Shown here in pieces: positions 42,459 through 53,500 of a stretch of DNA of 64,000 bases. The stretch's first letter is position 1, and each line of letters opens with the position of its first letter. The notes under the pieces were generated by a model that had not been told where the DNA came from, made no database searches, and saw only the letters and a list, made by a program, of their open reading frames with translations. The stretch is from Malacoraja senta. Lineage: Eukaryota. The stretch lies in the NCBI GenBank assembly GCA_038087875.1, contig CM075990.1, positions 10,976,001 to 11,040,000 of the forward strand, in the 5' to 3' direction. Made by a program: the position numbers and the translations under genes.

Positions 42459-43384
42459 TTGCCATGCAGAAAAATGCAAGAATTGTGCATTGCAAATTTT
42501 CAACACAGTGCTGACACAATGACAAAATTATCAGCTCTTGTGATGCCACCAAATGGATATACTGGTTAGGACAATGCAGAGAGCCTATTGAATCCTTGAG
42601 TCAAAAAGACTTAGAGCACTTCAAATCACCACATTCATGCTGACCATCAAGCTGACATTTACAGAACTTAATTTTTATGAATTATTCCTAAATTCCCATT
42701 AACTTCCACCAGATTCTACCATCCATCTATATACTACTTCCCTGAACTCGAGTTACAGCACACCACGCATTCATCCACATGCCGACAGTTCTACTGTAAG
42801 TTTTTCTTTTTCCACAGATGCTGCCTGACTTGCTGAGTCTTTCCAGCATTTTGTCTTGATTTCAGATTTCAGCAGCTGGAGCTATTTTTGATTTTCGTTC
42901 AGAATTGTAAGCCTCTCTTTGCCAAATGATGCCATTGCTATAGTTCCCTAGGCATCAGACACTGAAGGTGACTCAAAACAATTGTCAATTAGAAAGAAAG
43001 AAGCACACCATATTTCATTGATATGACCAAGTGCTGATACAAAGGCAAGTTCACGTTAACCATGACCTTAGTGAATTGTGAGACAGGATGGAGTGTAAGT
43101 TATACTCCTGCTTGTATTTCTTGTATTCTAGGACCACTTCCTATTTTTTTATTTAGTTCCAGTGAAGAAAAAGATATTTTAGCTCTGTAGGAGAATGACA
43201 AATTTAAAATCCAAATGAAACTTTTCCGACCTTATTAACCTCCCAATCTACAAAAAAAGAGGGGAATGATTTTAATCTGAACCTGAGGGGTAACCTTTAC
43301 ACTCAGAGAGCGCCACATATATGGAACGAGCTGCCAGACTGGTTGAGGCATGTATAAATATAACAATATTTAAAAGACCCCAGG

Positions 43385-44289
43385 ACTCTATACTCATGAC
43401 TGCGTAGCCGGACATAGTGCGAACTCCATCATCAAGTTCGCTGAGGTCACCACTGTTGTGGGACATATCACTGATGGAGCTGAGTCAGAGTATAGAAGTG
43501 AGATCGACCGTTTGACCGAATGGTGCCAGCACAATAACCTGGCTCTCAACACCAGCAAAACCAAGGAACTGATTGTGGACTTTGGAAGGGGTAGTATGGG
43601 GACCCATAGTCCCATTTATATCAACGGTTCGATGGTGGAGAGGGTCAAGAGCTTCAAATTCCTGGACGTACATATCTCTGAAGATCTCTCCTGGTCCGAG
43701 AACACGGATGCAATTGTAAAGAAAGCACATCAGCGCCTCTACTTCCTGAGAAGATTATGGAGAGTCGGTATGTCAAGGAGGACTCTCTCGAACTTCTACA
43801 GGTGCACAGTAGAGAGCATGCTGACCAGTTGCATAGGGCCCAGGAGCATAAACACTGCCCAGTCCATCATCGGCTCTGACCTCCCCACCATGGAGGGGAT
43901 CTATCGCATTCGTTGCCTCAAAAAGGCTGACAGCATCATCAAAGACCCATACCATCCTGGCCACTCACTCATCTCCCTGTTGCCTTCAGGTAGAAGGTAC
44001 AGGAGCCTGAAATCTGCAACATCCAGGTTCAGGAATAGCTACTTCCCCACAGCCATCAGGCTATTAAACTCGACTCAAACAAAACTCTGATCGTTAAATA
44101 GCCCATTGCACTTTATCTATTATTTATGTGTGTATATATATATATTCATTGGTACATGGTCACACTGATCTGTTCTGTTCTGTATTTATTAATGCCTACA
44201 ATATCCTGTTGTGCTGAAGCAAAGCAAGAATTTCATTGTCCTATCTGGGACACGTGACAATAAACTCTCTTGAATCTCTTGAATCTTGA
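43385..44289 (+). mobile_element. Rex1/Babar LINE 3' fragment
   Basis: IIKFAEVTTVVGHITDGAESEYRSEIDRLTEWCQHNNLALNTSKTKELIVDF...FRNSYFPTAIRLLN; (ctcttgaat)n tail. Confidence 0.9.
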
Positions 44290-44934
44290 CATTTGTTCCA
44301 GGTTCTTCTGCGATACTCCACACATTGACATTGCGGTTCCAAGGATGACTCCTGTCAGGAAGGGCCTTGTTGAAATTCTACAATGATATGGAACAATTGA
44401 GAAATGGTATTTCATATATTTCACTTGGGGAAAAATGAGATTCAGTTTTCGATTGGTGAGAAAAATAGGATTATTACATTGAATTTCCTTCATGTGTCCA
44501 ATCAATCTGTCTTCATCATCAGAAAAATACTGTGCCGGTGTGCACAATGAGGCCAATCAATGGGTTTTCTCTTCCCAATTATCATGTAAAGTGTATATTC
44601 TACAGGTTATTACAGGTATGTTTTTCATATGACTTTCCAAGAGACACTGAATTTCTCAAACTCTTTCATCCATGTGACTTGATTGATTGGTAACTGCTTT
44701 AAGGAATACTCCGGCAAGACACTCAGTTCGGGATCAATTAGTGATGGACAATTATTATTGATGTGACATATAAATGAGGTTTACAGCTGGCGAATATATG
44801 ATAGACTGTTTACGATGAGCTGTTTAGTATTTGCCATTTCCTTCAATGGTGAACATCGAAGAGAAATTGCTGTTTTTGGCTTTTTGGAATTCTTTAATTC
44901 TCAGGCCTGCTGTTGCTTCATCACAAGTGAGTTT

Positions 44935-45277
44935 ATCATAAGGTCATAAGTGATCAGAGTAGCATTAGGCCATTTGGCCCATCAAGTCTATTCTGCCATT
45001 CAATCATAGCTGATATCTCTCCCTCCTAACCCCATTCTCCTGCCTTCTCCCCATAACCTCTGACAACTGTACTAATCAAAAATCTATCTCGGCCTTAAAA
45101 ATATCCACTGACTTGGCCTTCACAGCTTTCTGTGGCAATGAATTCCACAGATTCACCACCCTCTGACTGTTCTCATCTCCTTCCTAGAGGTACATCCTTT
45201 TATTCTGGGGCTATAGCCTCTGGTCCTGGACTCTCCATTCGTGGAAACATCCACTCCACATCAACTCTATCCAGGCC
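44935..45277 (-). mobile_element. CR1 3' fragment
   Basis: Antisense CR1 tail (ggccatttggcccatcaagtc) and RVVNLWNSLP region. Confidence 0.8.
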
Positions 45278-45457
45278 AGGGCCGCTCTCTGGTTGATGAT
45301 AGGATGGTTCAGTTAGTCATAGAGTCATACAGAGTGGAAACAGGCATTTCAGCCTAACTTGCCCACACCAACCAACATGTCCCAGCTACACTAGTCCCAC
45401 CTGCCTGCATTAGGCCCATAATCCCTCTAAATCTTCCTATCCACATACCTGTCTAAA

Positions 45458-46686
45458 TCTATATAATTAAAAGTCTCATCTTGACCACTTCCTGTCTGCG
45501 CTGTATATTGATTTTAGAAAAAAACGCTACCATATATCGCTATGATTTTTGGCCATCTTACTCACAGTCCTCCTCCGCTGAGCAGGCCCCGAGGACTTTT
45601 CGCATCGATGAAAAATAAAAAAGTTATGAGTGTTTAAACAATCTTGAGATTCCCTCGCCTGTCAATCACCGCGATGAAGGTAACGCTCCTTACGGTGGGG
45701 GGGGGGGGAAGGACTATAAAACCCCGGATGCCTGGATGTGACTCAGTCACTCTGCAAGATCGCGAGGGATAGGCCACGACTCATTCTAAGCTGTGAATCA
45801 ACTGAACTGTGAGTCTGCAATGTACTTGCAATAAATGATTTGTTAGCCCTTAATGACAATGCCATGAGTTGTTTACCCTGCTGCCCTGCCTGTGCTTGAA
45901 ACTGCAATGCTTTATTAGGTCTGACTGTGTTTGGAAGGAATAAATGCTTTATTAGGTCCGACTGTGTTTGGTTCAAAAGTCCCGCTCATTTCATGACTTC
46001 CGCTTAGTGGACAGGTCGTGCTGATTGCGTAATTTCCGGTGAGTGCAGAGGTCATGCTGATTGCGGAAGTGCCGCTGACTGCGGAAGTCCCAAAGTGGAG
46101 AGGCCGTGCTCAGCCATGTGAGTATTCAAGAAAGATTTCTGTCATTTCTATGGTGTGAGTCTGTGTGTGTGTGTGTGTATATATGTGTGTGAGTGGGGGT
46201 GTGTGAGCGTGTGTGTGTTTGTGAGTGTATGTATGTATGTGTCTGTATGTGTGTGTGTGTATGTGTATGTGTGTGTGAGTGTGTGTGTCTGTGTGTGTGA
46301 GTGGGAGTGTGTGTGTGTATATGTGTGTGAGTGGGGGGGTGTGAGTGTGTGTGTATGTGTTTGTGAGTGTATGTATGTGTGTGTGTGAGTGTATGTGTAT
46401 GAGTGTGTGAGTGTATGTGAGTGTGTCTGTGTGTGTGTGTGAGAGAGTGTATGAGTGAGTGTGTGTGAATGATCTCAGTGACTGAGCTGCCAGCCCAAGA
46501 ATCCATTCGGTCCACAATGTCCATACTAGCCCTCTGGAAACCAGTCCCCCTCGGCCCACAACACCATTCTAGCACTCCAGAAAGCCCCCCTCCCCCCCGG
46601 GCCAGCAATATTGGAATTGGCGGAGAGGTGGAATATTGCGTTGGGGAACCTGCCCTCCCGTGTGAAGCTGGGGCCCAATGGTCCAG
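45458..46686 (+). mobile_element. Probable non-autonomous Helitron carrying a microsatellite
   Basis: Starts A|TCTATATAATTAAAAG, ends GC-rich palindrome (tggggcccaa) then CCAG|T; no TSD or TIR; splits a CR1/HER1 tail (atacctgtctaaa ... cttaaatgtgacgatggtacctgcctcaactacc). Terminus is CCAG, not CTRR. Confidence 0.55.
46153..46467. repeat. Imperfect (GT)n microsatellite
   Basis: ~315 bp of gtgt/gtat/gtga repeats. Confidence 0.97.
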
Positions 46687-47003
46687 TCCAACTTAAATGT
46701 GACGATGGTACCTGCCTCAACTACCTCCTGCGGAAGCTGGTTCCAAATCAGTTGATCTGAAAGAAATGTATGATGGCCACAACACTGCTGGATTGTCATA
46801 AAACCATAATTTTGTTGGTGTCTTTTTCTCCTCTGGCCTGCAACCTGGCTGACTTGCTTACAAGTCAGCCAGGGGGGTCCTGGCTGACTTGTAAGCAAGA
46901 GTCCTCTAGAGCATCCCAGCAAGACATCCAGTTCAGATGCAATTTGGAAGCTGAGAGGGTGTCAGGTCTACCCACGACTGTTGGAGCAACCCAAGTGGGG
47001 CGT

Positions 47004-47278
47004 TGGGCTGGGCTGGACTGGGCTGGGCTGGGCTGGACTGCACTGGACTGGGCTAGGCTGGGCTGGGCTGGGCTGGGCTTGGGTGGACTGGACGGGGCTG
47101 GGCTGGGCTGGACTGGATTGGGCTAGGCTGGACTGGACTGGGCTGGATTGGGTTGGACTGGATTGGGCTGGACTGGAATGGGCTGGACTGGAATGGGCTG
47201 GGCTGGACTGCACTAGGCTGGGCCAAAGATGCTCCTCAAGTATCTTTGGGCTGGGCTGGGCTAGGCTGGGCTGGGCTG
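47004..47278 (+). repeat. G-rich pentamer array (GGGCT/GGACT)n
   Basis: Tandem pentamers 47004-47223 and 47247-47278, separated by a short ccaaagat/atctttgg inverted repeat. Confidence 0.95.
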
Positions 47279-47279
47279 C

Positions 47280-47419
47280 GGTTGCTGCAGCCGCCGCCAG
47301 CTGTCGCTGTGTGCGGAATGCCGGCCAGGAAGTCAGCTGGTGAGCGCCGGCGTTAGTCGTGTGTTGGCCCCATGTAAATCTGAGTCAGTCAGTGGCGGCA
47401 GGAGAGGCGATAACAAGGC

Positions 47420-47453
<34 letters not shown>

Positions 47454-47660
47454 CTAGCAGTAGTAGTAGTGGCGGCGACGACAGCGGCGGGCACCCGGAG
47501 CGCAGGAAACATGGAGCTGCGGGTAAGCGGGCGGCGGGTAGTTCCAGCGGGCGATGCCCGGGCCCCGGTCCCGCCACAATGGGGCCGACGCTGCACACAA
47601 TGGCCGGCGGGCGCGGCGACCCATCGCCAGCTCACAATAGGCGGCGTTCCACCGGTGAGG
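47280..47660 (+). promoter_or_regulatory. SGPL1: CpG island: SGPL1 promoter and first exon region
   Basis: Non-TE CpG-dense segment; ETS-like CAGGAAGT 47326, E-box CAGCTG 47334, AP-1 TGAGTCA 47381, (GCA)11 at 47421-47453, Kozak ATG and splice donor. Confidence 0.75.
47511..47522 (+). CDS. SGPL1: SGPL1 putative first coding exon (MELR)
   Basis: GGAAAC-ATG-G strong Kozak; ATG GAG CTG CGG | GTAAGC phase-0 donor joins in frame to the phase-0 exon at 59326. Confidence 0.7.
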
Positions 47661-47665
47661 TCAAC

Positions 47666-48627
47666 AAAGTAGCCGGCTACTCCCCGCAATGTCTCTAAAG
47701 TAGCCTCCTGAAACATAAAGTAGCCGGCTCCTCACTCCTGGAGCCTTTAAAGTAGCCGGCTACACGCTCCAGATGCCATCAGTAGCCGGCTACTCTCTTT
47801 TGGCCACTAAAGTAGCCGGCTACTCTCTCCTGGAGCCACTAAAGTAGCCGGCTACTCTCTCCTGGAGCCACTAAAGTAGCCGGCTCCTCACTCCTGGAGC
47901 CTTTAAAGTAGCCGGCTACACGCTCCAGATGCCATCAGTAGCCGGCTACTCTCTTTTGGCCACTAAAGTAGCCGGCTACTCTCTCCTGGAGCCACTAAAG
48001 TAGCCGGCTACTCTCTCCTGGAGCCACTAAAGTAGCCGGCTACTCTCTCCTGGAGCCACTAAAGTAGCCGGCTACTCTCTCCTGGAGCCACTAAAGTAGC
48101 CGGCTACTCTCTCCTGGAGCCACTAAAGTAGCCGGCTACACGCTCCAGATGCCATCAGTAGCCGGCTACTCTCTTTTGGCCACTCAAGTAGCCGGCTACT
48201 CTCTCCTGGAGCCTTTAAAGTAGCCGGCTACTGTCCAGATGCCATCAAAGTAGCCGGTTAGGAGCAGCATAGGAGAGTAACCGGCTAATCCTGATGCACC
48301 GAAGTAGCCGGCTACCTCTTTCCTCATGTCACCAAAGTTGGCCACAGGGATTGGAACCGGCTACTTTGGTGGTGTCACGAGGGAGTAGCCATCTATTCTT
48401 TCCTGATGCCATCAAACTAGCAGGCTACTTGCTCCAGATGCCATCAAAGTAGCCGGCTATTCTCTCCAGATGCCATCAAAGTAGCCAGTTACTTTGGCAG
48501 CATCAGGAGAAAGTAGCCGGCTACTCTCCTTATGTCACCAAAGTTGGCCATAAGGAACCGGCTACTTTGGTGGTGTCACGAATGAGTAGCCGGCTACTCT
48601 CTCCTGGTGCCATCAAAGTAGTCGGCG
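47666..48627. repeat. ~28-32 bp minisatellite with palindromic core AGTAGCCGGCTACT
   Basis: About 30 cores; commonest unit aaagtagccggctactctctcctggagccact; distal units degenerate and partly inverted. Confidence 0.95.
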
Positions 48628-50224
48628 ACCCAGTGGGAGTGCAGTGTTAAAGGCCAATTCCTGTTGTGACTGGTATCCCAAGTGATCTCTTCGGCCAGAT
48701 GCCAGTAATCTGCAGTGTAGGAAAGCTGGACAACCTGTGCATATCTGGCATGATCCCAGGACAGGGGAACAGACTCTGCATCAGTGCACGGTGTGCCTCG
48801 GCCATATGATGGTGATGAAGCCGCAGCTGGCTGGATCGCATCATTTGAGTAACTTCGTCTGCACAATAACATTGAAGGAATGTCAGCTTTCGTGGCTCAT
48901 TCAGTGTCTTTTGCCTTTGAGTGTGACGTTAGGTTTGAGTCCCACTCTTGGACTCTGGGCTGCCTTTTCACTGGTACAGAAAAAATTATGCAAACTTGTA
49001 GCAACTTTGAGACTCTGGTGCTGTTTGAGTTTAAACAGAGCATCCTAGCCATCATTCATGATTTTCAAGATTAGCTATTTATTCCTTACCCTTGTTTGTG
49101 AAATGGTTTGCTTGCATATACAACAAATGCTTATTTTAAGAGTAACTTAGTTATGAAGTGCTTCAGATAACTTTCTGGCGTAATGAGGTACTGCATTAAT
49201 GTGGAACGTATTTTTGCTGCCAGTGCATCAAATGTTTTTGCTGGGTGATTTCATTCCCTGTGACTTGAGTCAGCTGCCTTGTGGCATATGTCATCTGATC
49301 ATGTTTGCTAAATGCCCAGAGAAATGAGGTGAGGAAGAATCTGCAGTTTTCAAACATGTTATCCTTCCTGTTTTGAACAGAAGCTGTTTGTTGCAGACAA
49401 TGAGTAAGAATGTTTTTTCTGGCTTTGCTTTGCATCTCCCTAGGAACAGTAAATCTCCCTAGGAACATCTCCCTAGGAACAGTAAATCTACTGAACGACC
49501 GACCAGTTTAAGGTTCAGTGGAAAACTAAATGTACTAATACACTAGGCCTGTAACTCACAGTCTCAGTGTGTGAATCTGATCTGAAAGACACGAGTACAA
49601 TAGCACCTGAAGCATTTTCTGTGAATCAACTAAATCCATTTTTAGACCAACAACTTGTTTAGTACCTTTCACATCCCATGGTGCTTTGTACGGTTATGGT
49701 CAAAGAACGTTTGACCCCTGAGCTCCACAAGGAAATGTCTGAAGAATGGTTTCAACTCAAAACATCACCTATTCCTTTTCTCCAGTGATGTTGCCTGATC
49801 CGCTCAGTTACTCCAGCATTTTTGTCCATCTTTGGGATAAACCAGCATCTGCAGTTCCTTCATACACAAGGAAATATTTTGTTGGGTAACTGATCAAAAA
49901 CCTAGTTCATATGGAGAGTTTAGAGCCGGTAGAATTAGAGAAAGACTTAATTTTGTACATAAATAAGACAGAAACATTGCCAGTGCTGGCTTTGTAGTTG
50001 TCAGTGTACTTACGCTGTCCGGTTTTAGCTGTGAAGACGTGCAGCCTGACATTAACCCTGAATGCCTAGTTCTATTTTTATGGCCATACCCTTTGTTCTG
50101 AACCCTGCACAAGAGGAAATGAGGTGGAGAGAGAAAGGCAGCCAACTCCCTTTGTCTTATAAAACCTGAGTTTGGTCTTCCTTAATCTTCTGCATGGAGG
50201 ATTATAAAATAAAGTCCGATCCCT

Positions 50225-50570
50225 GGTCAGTGGGTTGCTCTTCCTCGTGTGACTCAGAAAGGTTGTGAGTTCAAGTTTGTCTCCAGAAGTGCGATAAAAA
50301 ATGTGGCTGAAAAGGGTGTATATTAACAATGTTCTTATCTTCAAAGGTTTCAGATTATGGTAGAAATCACACTCAAACTGCTCTCTCGGGTGGATGTAGG
50401 AGCTTCAATTATGTGGTTTCAAAGAGCAGGGATTTATTCCCATTTTTGTTGGCAGTACTTATCACCCAATCAATATCATTAAAACTGATTATCAATTTAA
50501 TATCACACTACACGTTGTGTATAAATAGCTGATGTGTTATTTCCATTACAATGGTGTATATATACTTCTG
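50225..50570 (+). mobile_element. Ancient Deu-domain SINE
   Basis: tgactcagaaaggttgtgagttcaagt head; ctctcgggtggatgtagg...caaagagcaggga core; ttccattacaatggtg tail. Confidence 0.55.
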
Positions 50571-53500
50571 AAAGGTACAGTGTTTTTTATTTAAAGCAAG
50601 GGCTAGTTCTTGACTTGCGGCTAGAACATCAACAGAGCTGTAAACTGAGGAGCCTGTCTATTGTGCCACCCACGTTGCCTTGATTAAATATCCCAAAGGG
50701 AGAAAAAGGAGGGCCTGTATTATTTTTAGGTTACTTTTGCTTCCAGGGTAAGTTTTGATTTAATAAAGTGGCACTGCATGGAAACTGAAGTTGGAAAATA
50801 ATTTGAGAGTATCCAGGAAGTATTGCTTCAAATATTACCAGTTTACATCTGGTTTTAGTTATCTAGAGGAAGATGCCAGAATTGTAAGATGCAACTAATT
50901 GTTTTTGTTTTGCCTCAGTCCAGAAGCTGTTGGTTTTAACCTCTCAATAGACTTTCTTGCTTTGGATATTATTATGTCCGCTGGGTAAATGCCAGTTGAG
51001 AATGTGGGAACAGAATAATGATCATTTCTCGGAAATACATTTTATATGTGGGGTAGTAGGTCTTTGCAAATTGTTGATCCATTGCTGCTGTATTTCAAAC
51101 ATGCAGTTTGGCATGTAATTATTTTGAACAAGATGAACCGTTGAAAAATAAAGAAAAACAATGAGATGTCGCCTGACCCGCTGAGGTATTCCAGCATTTT
51201 GTCTTTCTCAGGGGCATCTGAAGTGTTGTTGTCCTTAACTCTATATTCTCTGGCATCATTTGCAAGATGGCCTATAGCATGATATGCTTTCTGAGTGCAG
51301 TCGTTCCCCCTATGTAATTTAAGCAGTAAGGTTCTGATGAATCAATGTTCTGGCTTAGAAACTTCAAGTGGAGATAAGACGCCAGACAGAACTCCACTGT
51401 TATTCTTTGAATTATTGCTCTGGGATCTTTGGAAAGATTAGATGGGGCCTAGGTTTAACGGCTCATCTGAAACAACTGTGATCCACCTCTGTGGAATTTG
51501 TGCAGCTTGGCTTGAGTCTCCCTCACTTTGAATGTATTCATTAGCAGCAGCAAAAAGGGTGTTTGTGATTTTGTTGTTTCATTCTTATTTCCCCCCCAGT
51601 GCTCCTAACCTAACAAATGAGGCTAAGAGAGACTTGGGGGTTGTGCGCTGAGGCTTATGAAGCTGCCAAGTTTGATGATTACAGTCCTCCCTCGATTATT
51701 GTCCTACATTCCGCTGCCTGTAGAAACGAGGCTGGTTAATACACAAAAGGACATACATTGCTGGAGTAGCTCAGCAAACCAGGCAGCATCTCTGGAGAAA
51801 ATGTTTAAGTGACATTTTGGGTCGAGAAGAAGTGTCTGAAAGAGGGCGTCAATCTGGAATGTCACCTATCCATGTTCTCCAGAGATGTAGCTTGACCTGC
51901 TGAGTTATTCCTGCATTTTGTGTCCTTTTTCCCTCTGGCTGTACTTATTAAGTTATCTAAGCTTGACTGTCTCCAGCGTAATCATCAAGTCTAATTTAAC
52001 CATTGTCCAGGAGTTTGGTGACAGACAATAGCTACTAGCCAGCCAATGGTGTTGTCTTCAAAATTACCCACCTTTGGCCCTCCTGAAATCTCTCTTTCCA
52101 CTTGTGGACTTTTGCACCCCTCTCCCCTCCCCCTCCTGTTTCTATCAAAAGATACAAAGTGCTGGAGTAACTCAGTGGGTGAGGCAGCATCTTTGGAGAA
52201 CCTAGATAGGTGATGTTTTGGGTCGGGACCCTTTTTTGCACTGGAATCTGAAGAAGAGTCCCAACCCAAAACATCCCATCCATGTTCTCCAGACCGGAAA
52301 CGCCACCTGCCCATGTTCTTCAGAGATGCTGCCTGACCCACTGAGTTACTCCAATACTTTGGTCTTTTTTTTGTAAACCAGCTTCTGCAGTTCCATGTTT
52401 TCCTTGTTTCTATCAGTTCATCAGCAATGGGTTTGCCAATGGGGCAATGTTTCTGCATGTTTTACTAAATTAGAACCACATTACAGCACTGTCCTGAGCC
52501 ACATACACAACAAAGCTGATAGTATGTGGTGAGTAGCTGAATCTGGACTTTACTTTTACACTTTAGACTGTAGAGATTCAGCACACTCTTTCTGTTAGTC
52601 AACTAATTGACTATCCATGCTAATATATTGCCTACAATGTCATGGGCACTTCATTGCAAGTGCTGGTTCCCTAATCTTCCTTATTACACCATTGAAGAGC
52701 ATGAGTTCTCTTTTGCAAAACCATGATGACTCTGCAAATAGAAACCAGGAACTGCAGATGTTGGTTTGCAAAAACAGCTGCAAAATGCTCAAGTAACTCA
52801 GTGGGTCAGGCAGCATCTCTGACGAACATGGATGGGTGACGTTGCGGGTCGGGACCCTTCTTCAGACTCTGCAGGATTACATTAATCATATTTGAGACCT
52901 CTTGTTACCATCTAATAATATATTTCAGTATTTTCTTAATGACAAATCGCAGGCGGATTGGAAAAACGGATCCAAGTCTCAGTGCAGACATGATAACTAG
53001 TTGGTACGTTCCCATGTCATATGATTTCATGGAAAATTGATTTAACGTTGTTTCTCAATGATGACCTTTTATCAGAGAGACTTTACACAGTGATTTACAG
53101 GCTAACGTTCTTGAAGATAGATAACTGCCGTATGGGGGAGGGGAGTGAAGGTTATCAGTGGTGTACAGAAATCTCAATCCTTTTTTTCCTTGGCCTGCTG
53201 CCTTCAATGTAAGCCTTTGATAAGATTCCACTTCCTGTGCTGTCTTTGACACCCGTGATATATTCCATCACTGCTTTTCCAATGCTTGCGATGCTTTCTC
53301 CTTCGACCACATTGTTTTCACTGCTAGAAGTGATGTGCTTCTTGATGAGGCACCAGAACCGAGCAGATCGTGGGCTCGTTTGCCCACATGTTCAAGTGAC
53401 CTTGGACCTCAAGTGTCTCATTTACTTGGTGAATGTGGATAAAAAATTAAGAGGTGAAAACAGTGCTACTACCGGACATTGATGGCATGAGCATTAGTTT

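Noticed and set aside
46110..46608. His/Thr-rich and Val/Cys-rich ORFs
   Set aside because: Translations of the (GT)n microsatellite.
47004..47278. Immunoglobulin switch region
   Set aside because: No Ig exons nearby, no AGCT motifs, very short.
46968..47356. WAGLD / SSPAQ repeat ORFs
   Set aside because: Translations of the pentamer array.
47666..48627. CRISPR-like array (palindromic repeat plus spacers)
   Set aside because: Spacers are short, related and reused; no cas genes; vertebrate intron. It is a minisatellite.
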